Of a stretch of DNA of 64,000 nt, positions 1 to 12,985 are shown piece by piece; the first letter of the stretch is position 1, and each line of letters starts with the position of its first letter. The stretch lies in contig NC_043010.1 of the NCBI RefSeq assembly GCF_006345805.1, positions 13,702,001 through 13,766,000 of the forward strand. Direction: 5' to 3'. The notes beneath the pieces were generated by a model, which ran no database searches, was not told the DNA's origin, and was given only the letters and a program-made list of their open reading frames with translations. Source of the DNA: Octopus sinensis (Eukaryota). The position numbers and the translations under genes are program-made.

Positions 1-18
1 TTGTTCATTCAATTGCTG

Positions 19-52
<34 letters not shown>

Positions 53-62
53 ACACACACAC
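19..62. repeat. (CA)n microsatellite
   Basis: Direct reading. Confidence 0.97.
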
Positions 63-189
63 ATATTGCTTGAAAAATGCTTTACTACAAATCTCTAAGC
101 CCTCGAGTATTTCCGGCGGCTAACTCAGCTACAAAAAATATATGTCTACACGCGCGCGCACCCACATACAGACACATACATACATACAT

Positions 190-537
190 AGCTGTGTGAT
201 AAGCTTGCTTCCTAATCACATGGTCCCAGGTTCAGTCTCACTGCGTGGCACCTTTGGCAACTGTCTTCTACTAAAGCTTCGGGCCGACCAAAACCTTTTG
301 ACTGGATTTAGCAGACGGAAATTGAGAGAAGCCCGTCGTGTGTGTGTCCTATCATCGCTTGACAACCGATGTTGGTGTGTTTACGTCCCTGTAAAGTAGC
401 GGTTCAGTAAAAGAAACCGATAGAATAAGTAATAGGCTTACAAAGAATAAGTTCGGGTGTCAATTTCTTCGACTAAAACACTTTAAGGCGATACTCTAGC
501 ATGGGCACAGTCAAATGACTGTTACAAGTAAAAGAAT
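190..537 (+). mobile_element. Family-A tRNA-derived SINE (diverged)
   Basis: Head ggttcagtc, ccttgggcaagtgtcttc-type core, tail cagtcaaatgactg...gtaaaagaa. Confidence 0.85.
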
Positions 538-837
538 AAAATAATATAAATATATATTGAGAGAGAAGTATATATTGATGAGGAAGGAGAAAGAGTTGGG
601 TGAAGACTGAATAGTATTTTCGTGAGTTGAATTTCAAGCCGCTGCAATCTTCAGGCGAGAACTGTTACAGCTCGTTTTTATCCGTTTGTGTATTGTATCT
701 TGTTTGTGTATGTTTTTTTGTGTGTGTCTGTTAGTTGGCTGTCATTTTATGTTTCTTTGTTGTGACTAGTTGGTATCTTTTGATTATTTCTTTGCATTTG
801 ATTATTTCTATTATAGATACGATGTCTGGAATTCTGT

Positions 838-1045
838 GGTGGAGGACTTAGTCGATTATTTTGTCCGCCTGTGCTCAACTGCTACTTATTTTACCGACCA
901 CGAAAGAATGAATGACAAAGTCGACCTCAGCGACGTCTAGACTCTGAATGTACAGCTGTCTTTACACCCTGAGTTCAAATTCTGAGCGAAATCGACTTTG
1001 CCTTTCATTCTTTTAGGCATGCCAACGATTCTGCCAGCTCGTAGC
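838..1045 (-). mobile_element. Family-B SINE, degenerate
   Basis: aaagtcgacctcagcg ... aacgattctgccagctcg. Confidence 0.7.
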
Positions 1046-2478
1046 TTACTTCCTTGAGATGTCTTTGCTTATTTGAATTCCGTTTCTACATTTTTTTTTT
1101 AGTTACGATGTTTATTGTCAAATTTGTTTGTGTCACTGTATATGTTTACATAAATTGCTAAAATTTATCTGCTAATCTCATTAAGTTATTATTATTTTTT
1201 TTTTTTGTGAAACATTTTATTTATTTATTAACTAATTTGTATTTATTTACTTATTTATGTTTATTTCCTCGAGTCTGTTTCTTCATTTAAAAAATAGTTG
1301 CGTATGGAAGAATTAGTTTTCTAGAGAGTATTTGCTTTTCATGTATTGTACTGATACTAGAATTCATGGCTGAGTGGTTTCTGTCGGTTGCTTTGTTAAT
1401 GGCGTTCTATACTCGTTTATATATTTTGAGATTAATAGGTTTCGAGGCTTGTTTTTTTGTGCGTGTTTGTAATTTGTAATTCGTGGGATCTGGTATACCA
1501 ATTATTCATGGTTGGGTAATTCTGTTAATATATTTCCGTATGCTTTTATGTACGTGTATATGTATGTGTTCGTTGAAGGCTCCTTTTTATTAGTGCTAGA
1601 GTGTATAAGTGTTTTGTATATATAATTTGTGTTGACTGTTAAACAGTCTGCACAAATTACGAATCTTGTGGATATCAGTTTGTATGTCTGCGCATGTGCG
1701 TATGCATGTGTGTGCGCGCGCGTACGTGTGTGTATATGTGGTGGTGGGGGGGGAGATTCAAGCTGTTGTGTTGGCAGATGTTATATTCTGTTTAGTGCTT
1801 GAGCCATTGATCCAAAATGAATTTGTTTTAGTGTCATCAGCGCGACATGATCTCGTTTCTCTTGTTTAGTCAATGGGTACTTTGCGTGGATATTTGTATC
1901 TTTCTGTAACAGAATCCAGCTTCTGGAACCATATATGTACCAGGGTGCACACATCGTTGATTCCCAGTTTATGTTTACGATTATATTGCTTTTTTTAACA
2001 CCCAGCTATATTTTAGGCAAGAACGTTGGGTTTCTTAAATTTATATTTCGAAATATATATGTAAGTTATGCATATCTGTCTTTAATAGCTCTGTTACCAA
2101 TGGTGAACTAGTTTTATTGTTATTATTATAATTACTATTACTGGTACTGGATGTTGAAAATGGTTTGTCTGATGTTACTTGAATCAGATAGGTATGTTCA
2201 ATTTTTTCAGTGCTCTCTAATTTAAAATTATTGAAATCTTCGTGCTGATGAAGAGAATGTTGGAATGGAGATGTAATTCTTGCATCTCCATATCTATCTA
2301 ACTCAGAAATGCGTCCACAAGTAATCAAATTCCGGGTGAACTTTCGTTATTTTCCCTCTATGCCTACGTGAATTGTTTTTGAGTATACATTATCTGGGAG
2401 ATTCTTCTTATAGTAGAAGAAATAGCTAAGTTCTTTGGCTGCTATTTCTAAAAGTTCGGTATGTGGCGAAGCAAATTT

Positions 2479-2526
2479 AATATATATATATATATATATA
2501 ATATATATGTATATGTATATGTATAT

Positions 2527-2600
<74 letters not shown>

Positions 2601-2840
2601 AATATATATGTATGTATATATATATATATGTATGTATATATATATATATATATGTATGTATATATATATATATATGTATGTATATGTGTATGTATATGTA
2701 TATGTATGTATATGTATATATATGTATATGTATATATATGTATGTATGTATATGTATATATATATGTATGTATATGTATATATATGTATATATATATGTA
2801 TGTATATGTATATATATGTATGTATATGTATATATATGTA

Positions 2841-2903
<63 letters not shown>

Positions 2904-2965
2904 ATACATATATACATATATACATATACATATATACATATATGTGTGTGTGTGTGTATGTGTGT
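2479..2965. repeat. (TA)n/(TATG)n/(TG)n compound microsatellite
   Basis: Direct reading. Confidence 0.97.
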
Positions 2966-2969
2966 CATG

Positions 2970-3110
2970 GTGTTGAACCGTCAATCCCTACACACTCTTT
3001 TCTCTCTCAGTCTTTCCTGTCAAAGAGCGTAGGCTCAAAACGTCAAAGACTTTTCCATTCTTCCCGAGCGTTAATCTAATACGTCTGCTTGTTGTTCCTT
3101 CATCTGCCTT
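2970..3110 (+). mobile_element. Probable Penelope-like terminal fragment with hammerhead-like fold
   Basis: agtcttt..ctgtcaa-a-gagc-gtag-gctc-aaaa-cgtc-aaagact at 3009-3051. Confidence 0.4.
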
Positions 3111-3129
3111 CATCTTTTGTCTTGTGTTT

Positions 3130-3310
3130 CTTTGTTTATCCGTGGACAAGATATTTCAAGAACCGCTGGATTGATTCGGATGAAACTTTCAGGAATGTTT
3201 GGCCTCATGACTGGTACGAACTGGTTAGATTTTGGGATCGATCCGGCACCGGACAAGGATTCTGGATTATGTTTGCGGTTTCTTTACTTAATTTTTTTTT
3301 AGAGTGGTCG
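3130..3310 (+). mobile_element. Possible Helentron-associated (HINE/DINE-like) element
   Basis: ggacaagatatttcaagaaccgctggattgattcggatgaaactttcagg...ttagattttgggatcgatccgg resembles the core of such elements (recognition from memory; single copy here). Confidence 0.4.
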
Positions 3311-3528
3311 GGTTCATTTTTAGTATTCTCGTTTGTGAGAGCAGTCCGGTTAATCGTTGAGAGGACGTTGGTGTTACCTTGATGGAGGTTTTCGTTCTCT
3401 GGGTGCTCTTGTTATTATTCTTCCTATTTTATTCGAATTTTGGAAAAATTTGAAGCATATCTGATAATTTCTAGAGGGTATTGAACTTCTTTTGTGCGTT
3501 ACTTTTGGCCCACCCAGTATTATGTATG

Positions 3529-3529
<1 letters not shown>

Positions 3530-3613
<84 letters not shown>

Positions 3614-3628
3614 GCAGACATACATACA

Positions 3629-3659
<31 letters not shown>

Positions 3660-3660
3660 G
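3530..3660. repeat. (GATA)n(CATA)n microsatellite
   Basis: Direct reading; paralogous tract at 5100-5230. Confidence 0.97.
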
Positions 3661-3674
3661 CATTTCATATTTTA

Positions 3675-4585
3675 AGGCGAGCAATGCGGTCGGTGGAAGT
3701 ACCACTCTAGCGCTCTATAGAGGGTTAGTGGTGAAAAAATGCGACGCGTTCTCGTTCTCGGGGAAACTCTGGGCGCCGACGAGGATCAACTCACCGGTCT
3801 GTTTCGGAGGACTTTCGGGCTAGGGCCAATGGATAACTTCTAGAAATCCTTCGCCTGCCAGTGCTACCGGGGTGGGGAAGAGGGGGGCGCGCTGCCCTTT
3901 CGGGATCAATTTGGCAGGCATAGAAGGTGCCGTCGGCCGAGCCTGCTTGTGGTGCTCGCAGAACGATGAAACCGTTCTGCACGCCCTCGTCCAGTGCCCG
4001 AGCATTACTGACCTGTGGGCTTATGTCGAACACCTGCTGAGGCGTGTAGGACGGATCCGGCTATCAGCTGAATCCATAGTGAAGATTACCCCGCCGCCCT
4101 TCTTTGGCAGGGAGGGGCAGGCAATTCTTATTTGTCTGGTGGTTGTAGCGAAAGAGGTAGTGTGGTGGACACGCTTAAAAAGGGCTAAAGACAGATCCTT
4201 TCCTCTTTGGCCCAGCCCTCGTAAACTTTTTCAAGTTTCACTTGAAAGGAAAGTGAGGGTGGAGAGGGAAGTGTTGCCTTCTAGTAAATTTATTGAAAGG
4301 TGGGTGAATGTCGGGAAAACGGCCAGTGTGAAAGGACCCATTTTGCGCATGCGCCTGTGAAAAATAAGAGAAGGGCTTTTGGTCAGTCACTCGTGGCTTT
4401 TGTGGGGTTTTCCACGAGTAGCCTTAAGTCGCCTCCCCCTATTGGCAGTTTCATATGTTTAATTTTAATTCTTATTTTTGTTTACACGCTTTTAAAACCC
4501 GTTGTGCCACCTCGTTACGTCCTCCTATGTTGTTTTATATCAGCCCTTGTGGCCAATAAAAGAATGAATTATTATTATTATTATT
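3675..4585 (+). mobile_element. L1/Tx1-clade LINE, 5'-truncated 3' fragment
   Basis: C-x2-C-x8-H-x4-C zinc knuckle CLWCSQNDETVLHALVQC (3944-3997), typical of the L1/Tx1 ORF2 C-terminus; 3' end agcccttgtggccaataaaag + (ATT)n. Confidence 0.8.
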
Positions 4586-4678
4586 TATTCATTTTGTTCA
4601 TGTACAGTTACGTGTGTATTTATCATTTTTATCATTATTTTATCTATTTTATCCGATTTTGAAAAAAAAATTGAAGCA

Positions 4679-5037
4679 CCAACCACATGGTTCTGGGCTC
4701 AGTCCCACTGCGTGGCACCTTGGGCAAGTGTCTTCTACTATAGCCCCGGGCCGACCAATGCCTTGTGAGTGGATTTGGTAGACGGAAACTGAAAAGAAGC
4801 CCGTCGTATATATGTATATATATATATATGCGTGTGTGTATTTGTGTGTGTCCCCCTAGCATTGCTTGACAACCGATGCTGGTGTGTTTATGTCCCCGTA
4901 ACTTAGCGGTTCGGCAAAAGAGACCGATAGAATAAGTACTGGGCTTACAAAAGAATAAGTCCCGGGGTCGAGTTGCTCGATTAAAGGCGGTGCTCCAGCA
5001 TGGCCGCAGCCAAATGACTGAAACATGTAAAAGAGTA
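4679..5037 (+). mobile_element. Family-A SINE, slightly 5'-truncated
   Basis: Matches other copies; splits the second copy of the 3.4-kb duplicated unit. Confidence 0.9.
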
Positions 5038-5099
5038 TATGTGACAATTCTGGAGATTATTGAACTTCTTTTCTGCGTGACTTTTGGCAGACCCTGTAT

Positions 5100-5156
<57 letters not shown>

Positions 5157-5200
5157 CAGATAGATAGATAGATAGATACATACATACATACATACATACA

Positions 5201-5230
<30 letters not shown>
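5100..5230. repeat. (GATA)n(CATA)n microsatellite
   Basis: Direct reading. Confidence 0.97.
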
Positions 5231-5231
<1 letters not shown>

Positions 5232-8029
5232 GCGTTTCATATTTAAAGGAGATACATGGTTGAAAGCTTCATATACTGCGGTATTCGTCCTCAGATAGCA
5301 TCCCTTATAGACGCATAGTGTTTTTTTAAAAAATACACTGAAACATATTAATAGCAGGCGATGGCATTGCTAAATGTGCGTTTCTACCTCGTTGTACTTC
5401 GTCAGTAGCAAGCACGCAGTGGCAACCGCTTGCTAAGATAAAAATACCCCGTTACTGATTTTGTAAAATAGTGATTGAAATTAGCCAACAGGCTGAATAA
5501 AGATTCGTAACGTGCGACAGAAGCAGTACTAGTTTAAAATAGCAATCTATATATCATACTTTAAGCAGATACATTCGTCGGCTATACTCTTATGGGTTTT
5601 TTTTTACAGAATATATCTAAAAGAGATGTCACTTTAAGACAAATACCGCTGTAAATTAGGCTCTTAATGATGTGTCTACTGTAAGTATGATACACAGATG
5701 GCTATTTTAAACTCGTGCTATTCTTGTAACACATAACGCGCGTGTGTGTGTGTGTGTTAAACGTAACGAATGAAGGTGTATGATCGATGATGTTGACTCC
5801 TTTGTTAGTTCCTATAAGTTGGTGCTTATTGCCGTTTCTATTCAAGTCAGTCCTGAGTTGGTACTTAGTAAATCTCTAAGCAAATTTATTCCAGCCATGA
5901 CCGTCCTTTTTTTTTTTTTTCATCTTTTTCTTGACGAAGTGTACCTCGGTGTACATTATATGTTCTTCGTTTTTTTAAAGAAAATATAAATGTATAGAGA
6001 CAGACAGTGAATTGTGATTTTTAAGAAGATTTGACAGCTATTTCTAGCAGATGTTAGTGTGGTTTTATATGCTTAAAGATATTTATTGAGGAAGAGATGT
6101 GGCTAAAGCTTCAAGAATTCAGATTTTAAAAATTATAAACTTTTTTTTTTTTCTAAATCATTCAGTTCTAAAATATATTTTTATCTCTTATCTTTAATGC
6201 CATGTCTTTCCATAACTCTTTATATTTGTCTTATAATAAAGATGTTTTCTTTGGTGAATATTTTAATTTATGCAAGACGCCACAAGCGTGATCTATTTAA
6301 ATGAATTACTCAAATGATAAAATCTTGTTTTGTTTTTTTTCTTCTGTATAGTATGAAAACAGAAAACTAAATCCTTGTTTATCGTTGATTATTTTATGCC
6401 TTATGTGGGGTCAGTCGGTAATTACGATAAAGAAATTCCAACCATAAGGTTAAAATATTAATCACAAGTCTGTTTTAATATATCAGTTCAAAGAATTAGT
6501 TCTTTGATTTTTCCCAATTAAAGTCGGATATATTTCCAGACGAACACTTACACCGGTTGGTAGGCGAATTTCTTCTTCGGTAATTTTTCTGCATCCATTA
6601 ATTTGCTCTTTTCATATTCTTACCTTATTTTCAAATATTTATGTTTCAATTTTCGATCGCTTTATTTATTATTATGCTTTGCTGACGATTTGCCGTTTCC
6701 TTTCAAGAAATAGCAATACATTCTGCAAAAATCCGGCGACTATACAGGATAGAGAGAGACTGTAATTTTTTATCTTTTTCTTCTATTTTTTGACAATGTA
6801 ATTAAGTAAAAGAAGTTGCTTTTTTTATTATATTTCTTTTCGTCTTTCGCTTTCGTTGACCTAGCTATTCCTACTTAGCACTCTGCTTACGATCTGGCTT
6901 CTTTTTTCAATTACCTCAAAAGAAAAATATCATTTTAAAGCTATAATATTCTGAGAATCCAAGCAACTGTTATTATTTATTATTATTTGCTCTGTAAAAT
7001 TCTATATGTTCTTATTTTTATTCCAAGTATTGCAGCTTGTGGGTCATATTTTAGGGCCTACTTTTAATTTGTCTTTTATATGTGTGTGTGTACGTGCTTG
7101 TCTGTCCAATTAGTGATGTGAATTTCGCTGTTCACACTCACACGGGCGCGCGCATTTATGTATATATATACATTGATGTATGTGTCTGAGAGAGAGAAGG
7201 GCACTTGTCTGTATGCGTGAGAGTGAAGAGGTATTTGTGAGAGAGAGAAAGAGAGAGAGTGCGTGTGTGTGTGTGTGAAGGCTGATGGGGGGTATTAGTG
7301 TCTGATGACAAACTATGTTTGACATTGTTGTTGGGGGAAAATTGACAATGAAACACTTAAGCTGTGGAGCTTGGAAAAATCGTCAGGCTAGCTTAGTCGC
7401 TGCACCTCAGAAAATGGGACAATGTTTTATAAAAGATAAAAAAATAAAAAACAACCCCCCATGTAAGTAAGTGTAAAAATTCTTGTTGAATTCATGTTAA
7501 GTTTTTGAAAACAGACACCTTTTTGTATAGAAAACGGCCTTGCATTCTTTCTCTCTCCTGTTAATTGTTTGTTTTGCTTTTTCTCTGTGGAGAAATCAAC
7601 ATTAAATTAATGGAAGAAAATATTCTTTGTGTATTTAAGATGTCGACATCGTTACCATCAAGTTGAAATATTCTGCATGTTCTATATATATTATTTCTCA
7701 ACCGTATTTCTAAAACTTTCTTTAAATAATTTTTTCGTAGTTTATATAAACCCAATATTGGTTTTTCTTTAAAGTTATACTTAGATAAATTCTGTAATAT
7801 TGTAAATTTTTATAGTAGTTTGCTTTAATTAGAAAACATATTCGAGGCGATCGTTCCAAAAAATCGCCTCATTTGTATCTATTTTTCTCTGCATAGAAGT
7901 TTATTTTCTCCCTTCTAAGATGTCACGACTTCTCATTTATTTTTGCATGGGTCATTTGAGTCATGCTCTTCTTCGTAGGACGTCGTAGGATTTGATGCTA
8001 AAGTAATATATACGTTGTTTATATTATAC

Positions 8030-8800
8030 ATACATGCATGCATACATACACACACACATTTTATATAGTGTGCATTTTTTTGGACTTATGGACAACTGTG
8101 AGTGTGTATGTATGTGTGTATATATATATGTATATGTGTATATATATATATATGTGTGTATATATATGTATATGTGTGTGTGTATATATATATGTGTGTT
8201 GTGTATATATATATATGTATATGTGTGTATGTATGTGTATATATATGTGTGTGTGTATATGTATGTATGTGTGTATGTATATATATGTGTGTGTATATGC
8301 ATGTGTGTATGTATATATATATGTGTGTGTGTATATGCATGTGTATGTGTATATATATATATGTGTGTGTGCATATATGAATGTGTATGTGTATATATGC
8401 ATGTGTATGTGTATATATATATATATATGTGTGTGTATATATGTGTGTGTATATATATGTGTGTGTATATATATATGTGTATATATATGTATGTGTATAT
8501 ATATATGTGTGTGTATGTATATATGTGTGTGTGCATGCGTATATATATGTGTATGCATATGTATGTGTGTATAATATATGTATATGTTTGTGTGTGTGTA
8601 TATATATATATATATATACATATGTTTGAATGTACGTAAATATATGTATGTGTATATATGTATATGTGTGTGTGTATACATACGTGTTTGTATGTGTATA
8701 GAAGTGTGTATGTAAGATTGTGCGAGCGTGTATGTATAAGTGCATGGGTATATGTATATACAACCGTATATCTCTCTCAGCATATATATATATATGATTT
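8030..8800. repeat. (TA/TG)n compound microsatellite
   Basis: Direct reading. Confidence 0.97.
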
Positions 8801-9389
8801 ACACAAACAAGCAATACCTAGTTATTTTATTAGCAGTATCATCGTAGAATGGTGAAATCCACTTAAAACATGCCGTTAGATTTCACATTTTATTTTTATT
8901 TTGTGATGCATTCTTTAGTAACGTCCCTTGCTTTAGGTTTTAAGTTCAAATCTTGCCGAGGTCAACTTTACATTTTCATCCTTCTGGAGCTCGATATAAA
9001 ACCAGTGCCTATTAAGTGTTTGTAGTCAATCTAGTCGGTTGTACCTTTCATTACTTCCTCTCGAAGCTGTGGCCTTCTACCCGTGTTTGAAATTATTCAG
9101 TTTCAAAAAAAATATTTCATCGGTTATCTCTGACCTGAGAATTATTCCACTACATCTGTTGAAAGTCAGATGTTGGCCTGTTCTGAATAGGGCCTTCTGT
9201 GTGTTGAAGGAGGGGGATTTACCTGTTACCCCCTACCCCTTGTCTTTTGTTGATGTTTTTTTAAAAATATTTTTCAGTTTCTTTTCTTTTTTTTTACCTA
9301 CCTTGTACAATAATCCCTATTCGCGCCTAAGATCTTTATTGTACATCTTTCGTCCATTGTCCCGACGTTAATTCCTATAATCCTTTCTC

Positions 9390-10715
9390 CTATAGACACA
9401 AGTCCTGGAATTTGGTGGGAGGGGATTGAGCAATCTTAGTGCTCAACTGTTACTTATTTTTATCGACTCCCGAAAGGATGAAAGGCAAAGTCGATCTCGG
9501 CGGAATTTAATCCCAGAACGTAAAGACGGACAAAATACTGCTGCCCACCGTGCTACGATTCTACCAGTTCGCCACCTTGTTAACTCTTATTATTGCCATT
9601 TCTTAGGAGAGGGGTTGCCAACTAACTGGTAGGACCAGGATGGGTGCTTAATGCCTTCACATATCATTTTGATACAACCATTCTTTTAGCTGTGCACACT
9701 AGTAACCGCTGAAGTGAAGATAGGGTAAACTAGTATGCAAGTTTTTCAATTTAAAGCAAATAATAAAATTCCTTCTTATTTTGTCACAAGGCCAGCAATT
9801 TTAAGGGGTGGGGAAATCGATTACATCGATTTCACTGCTTAACTGGGATGTATTTTATCCATCCTGAAAGGATGAAAGGCGGCAAAGTAAACCTCGGCAG
9901 AATTTGAACTCAGAACGTAAAGACGGACAAAATGCCGCTAAGCATTTTCCCCGGCGTGCTAACGATTCTGCCAGCTCACCGCCTTGCCACAAGGGCAATC
10001 AATTTTGGGGGTGGGGATGGGACGAGTCGATTACATCGATCCCCAGTGTTTCACTGGTACTTAATTTATCAACCTTGGAAGGATGAAAGGCAAAGTCGAT
10101 CTCGGTGGAATTTGAACTCAGAACGTAGCAACTGACGAAATACCACTAAGCATTTTGCCTGGCGTGCTAACGATTCTGCCAGCTCGCCGCCTTAATAATA
10201 ATAGTAATCCTTTCTACTGTAGGCACAAGGCCTGAAATTTTTGGGGGGGTGACTAGTCAATTACATCGACCCTATTGTTTCACTGGTACTTAATTTATCG
10301 ACCCTGAAAGGATGAAAGGCAAAGTTAAACCTCGGCGGAATTTGAACTCAGAACGTAAAGACGGATGAAATGCCGCTAAACCTTTTTGCCCAGCGTGCTA
10401 ACAATTCTGCCAGTTCGCTGCCTTAATAATAATAAGGGGTTTCAGATTTCGCCACATTTTAGGGGAGGGGACGAGTCGATTACATCGACCCCCTGTGTTC
10501 AACTGGGACTTATTTTATCGACCCTGAAAGGATAACAAGTACCTTTTTGCTGTAGGCTCAAGGCCTGAAGTTTGTTGGGAGGGGACATAGTCGATTACAT
10601 CGACCCCAGTGCTTGAATGATACTTAATTTATCGACCCCCGAAAGGTTGAAAGGTAAAGTCGACCTCGGCGGAATTTGAACACTGTACTAACGATTCTGC
10701 CAGCTCGTCGCCTTT
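9390..10715 (-). mobile_element. Head-to-tail cluster of about 6-7 family-B SINE copies and fragments
   Basis: Repeated gaaaggatgaaaggcaaagtcgacctcggcggaatttgaactcagaacg...ctgccagctcgccgcc blocks separated by (TAA)n. Confidence 0.88.
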
Positions 10716-11176
10716 ATAATTAAGCAAAACAATAAAACCAGAATATTAGTTGGTTTCTGGTTTCTTTTTTCATTTTGAGGGTTTTTCTTTCAATTGTAGG
10801 ATTAAATTTTTTAATTCTTCTTTTTCAAAATGCCATCTGGCTTACGAGATGGGGAACGGAGGTAGAGATGCTGTTCGCTGTCTCAGGTCTCATAGTTTTA
10901 TACCTCTTGCTAAAAGAAAAGGGTAGTTTGTTTTTTGGGGGAGTTTTTTCCTAATATTTTAGTATTCCTACCTTTCATACAACAAGAAATGGCAATCTTT
11001 CAGAGAAAGTATATCAAATCCAAAAGTATTCGGCAATTTCCGTAAAAAAACAAAACTTCTATTTCCTTAATTATTTGTTTTCAGCTGAATCGCTTACGTT
11101 TAAATGTATTTTTGTGTATGTATGTGTTTATGTAAATGTTTGTATATTTGTATGTGTTTGCACATAAACACATATA

Positions 11177-11563
11177 ATCTTTTACTTGTTTCAGTCATTT
11201 GACTGCGGCCATGCTGGAGCACCGCCTTTAATCGAGCAATTCGACCCCGGGACTTATTCTTTTGTAAGCCCAGTACTTATTCTATCGGTTACTTTTGCCG
11301 AACCGCTAAGTAACGGGGACATAAACACACCAGCATCGGTTGTCAAGCAATGCTAGGGGGACAAATACAGACACACAAACACACACACGCATATATATAT
11401 ATACGACGGCCTTCTTTCAGTTTCCGTCTACCAAATCCACTCACAAGGCATTGGTCGGCCGAAGGCCATAGTAGAAGACACTTGCCCAAGGTGCCACGCA
11501 GTGGGACTGAACCCGGAACCATGTGGCTGGTAAACAAGCTACTTACTACACAGCCACTCCTGC
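11177..11563 (-). mobile_element. Family-A SINE
   Basis: Full-length copy, reverse complement. Confidence 0.9.
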
Positions 11564-11701
11564 ATATATACAAAAATTTTCATAAACATAAGAAATTAAG
11601 CTGATAGAATATTAAAAGTAAAAAATAGAAATTGTCGAAACAAATACTTTCAGTTTTGATTTACTCCGAAGGATCGCCCAAGAAGTTATGATTCTATAAC
11701 T

Positions 11702-12006
11702 GATACACTGTCAGTTGTGACAACGAGGGTAACAGTTGATCCGATCAACGGAACAGCCTGCTCGTGAAATTAACGTGCAAGTGGCTGAGCACTCCACAGA
11801 GACCCGTGCCCTTAACGTAGTTCTCAGGGATATTTAGCATGTCACAGAATGTGACAAAGCCGACCCTTTGAATTATAGGTACCAACTCATTTTTGCCTGC
11901 TGAATGGACTGGGGCAACGTGTCTTGCTTAAGGACACAATGCTGCGCCGCTGGGAATCGAACTCACGACTTTACGCTCGTGAGTCGATTACCCTAACCAC
12001 TGAGCC
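11702..12006 (-). mobile_element. tRNA-derived SINE, family F
   Basis: Homologous to 42987-43312 and to the fragment at 55540-55665. Confidence 0.85.
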
Positions 12007-12115
12007 CACTTTTTATTTTCTTCTTTTCCTATAAGGTATGGGACTTGGAAGGACAGCTTATTTTTAAAACGCCACCAAATTAAATATGCATTCATTTTTA
12101 GTCATACATATATAT

Positions 12116-12240
12116 ACCCGATAGAATAAGTACTGGGCTTACAAAAGAATAAGTCCCGGGGTCGAGTTGCTCGATTAAAGGCGGTGCTCCAGCATGGCCG
12201 CAGTCAAATGACTGAAACAAGTAAAAGAGAAAAGAGAATA
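12116..12240 (+). mobile_element. Family-A SINE 3' fragment
   Basis: ccgatagaataagtactggg ... gtaaaagag. Confidence 0.85.
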
Positions 12241-12539
12241 CCCAAACACGCGCAAATATGTATGTGTATGTAAATTAAAATGGCAAGGGAATAAGAATTC
12301 GTCATAAACGTCAATAGCTCACTGATGTTTTCTGCTAAGATGCAATGCAGTTGAGTGCTTACGAATTACTTCGTCAGAGCTTTAAAAACGAAGTGCAACT
12401 TTGAGTGATAACTTCTTATTCCTTTGTCATTTTAATTTCTTATTACTGCTCTGCACTCGACTGGCATTTTGTTCTGAAGCATATGTGTGTTGAATTTCTA
12501 ACACCAGGTTATGAGTATCGCTATGCCTAAGCGAAAGAA

Positions 12540-12735
12540 CAATAATAATTCATTCGGATCTTTTATTGGCCACAAGGGCCTAATATAAATAAACATAAAG
12601 GACATACAATTATATTAAAAGACAAAAAAACCGGACGATACAATGGGTTTTGACGTTCGTGTACACAGTAATTAAGAGTAAAAATTAAACAGGTAAAACT
12701 CCCAATAGGGGAGGTGCTTTAAAGGTTACTCGGGT
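12540..12735 (-). mobile_element. Third Tx1-like 3' UTR fragment
   Basis: Reverse complement reads gagtaacc...agcacctcccctattgggagtttt ... ggcccttgtggccaataaaag + attattatt. Confidence 0.7.
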
Positions 12736-12985
12736 GCGTGTCGGGGGGGAGCACACTTGTATAGGTATGCCATATATGAGAGAAGTGCACGACTATTATC
12801 GATGCTCGAGATAACCATGATGATGGTTCGATCGGTGGTCTCGATGTTGACACGAGATCCACTCGTCCTAATCGACAATGCTTCATACTAGTCAATGGAT
12901 CAGTTTGGCTATAGGAATATGAATCTCGCAATATTCCTTGGCACTGAACAGTGCAGCGCCCCTGCGCTTTATTTGATGTATCTTG

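Noticed and set aside
2347-3079. Long Y/I/H/T- and M/C/V-rich ORFs (also 8024-8855 and 40717-41248)
   Set aside because: Translations of (TA)n/(TG)n microsatellites, open in several frames on both strands.
11343-11604. Recurrent ORFs MLGGQ...[29 protein letters not shown] and MTTDAGVF... (about 15 times)
   Set aside because: Chance frames through family-A SINE copies; lengths vary with the internal microsatellite.
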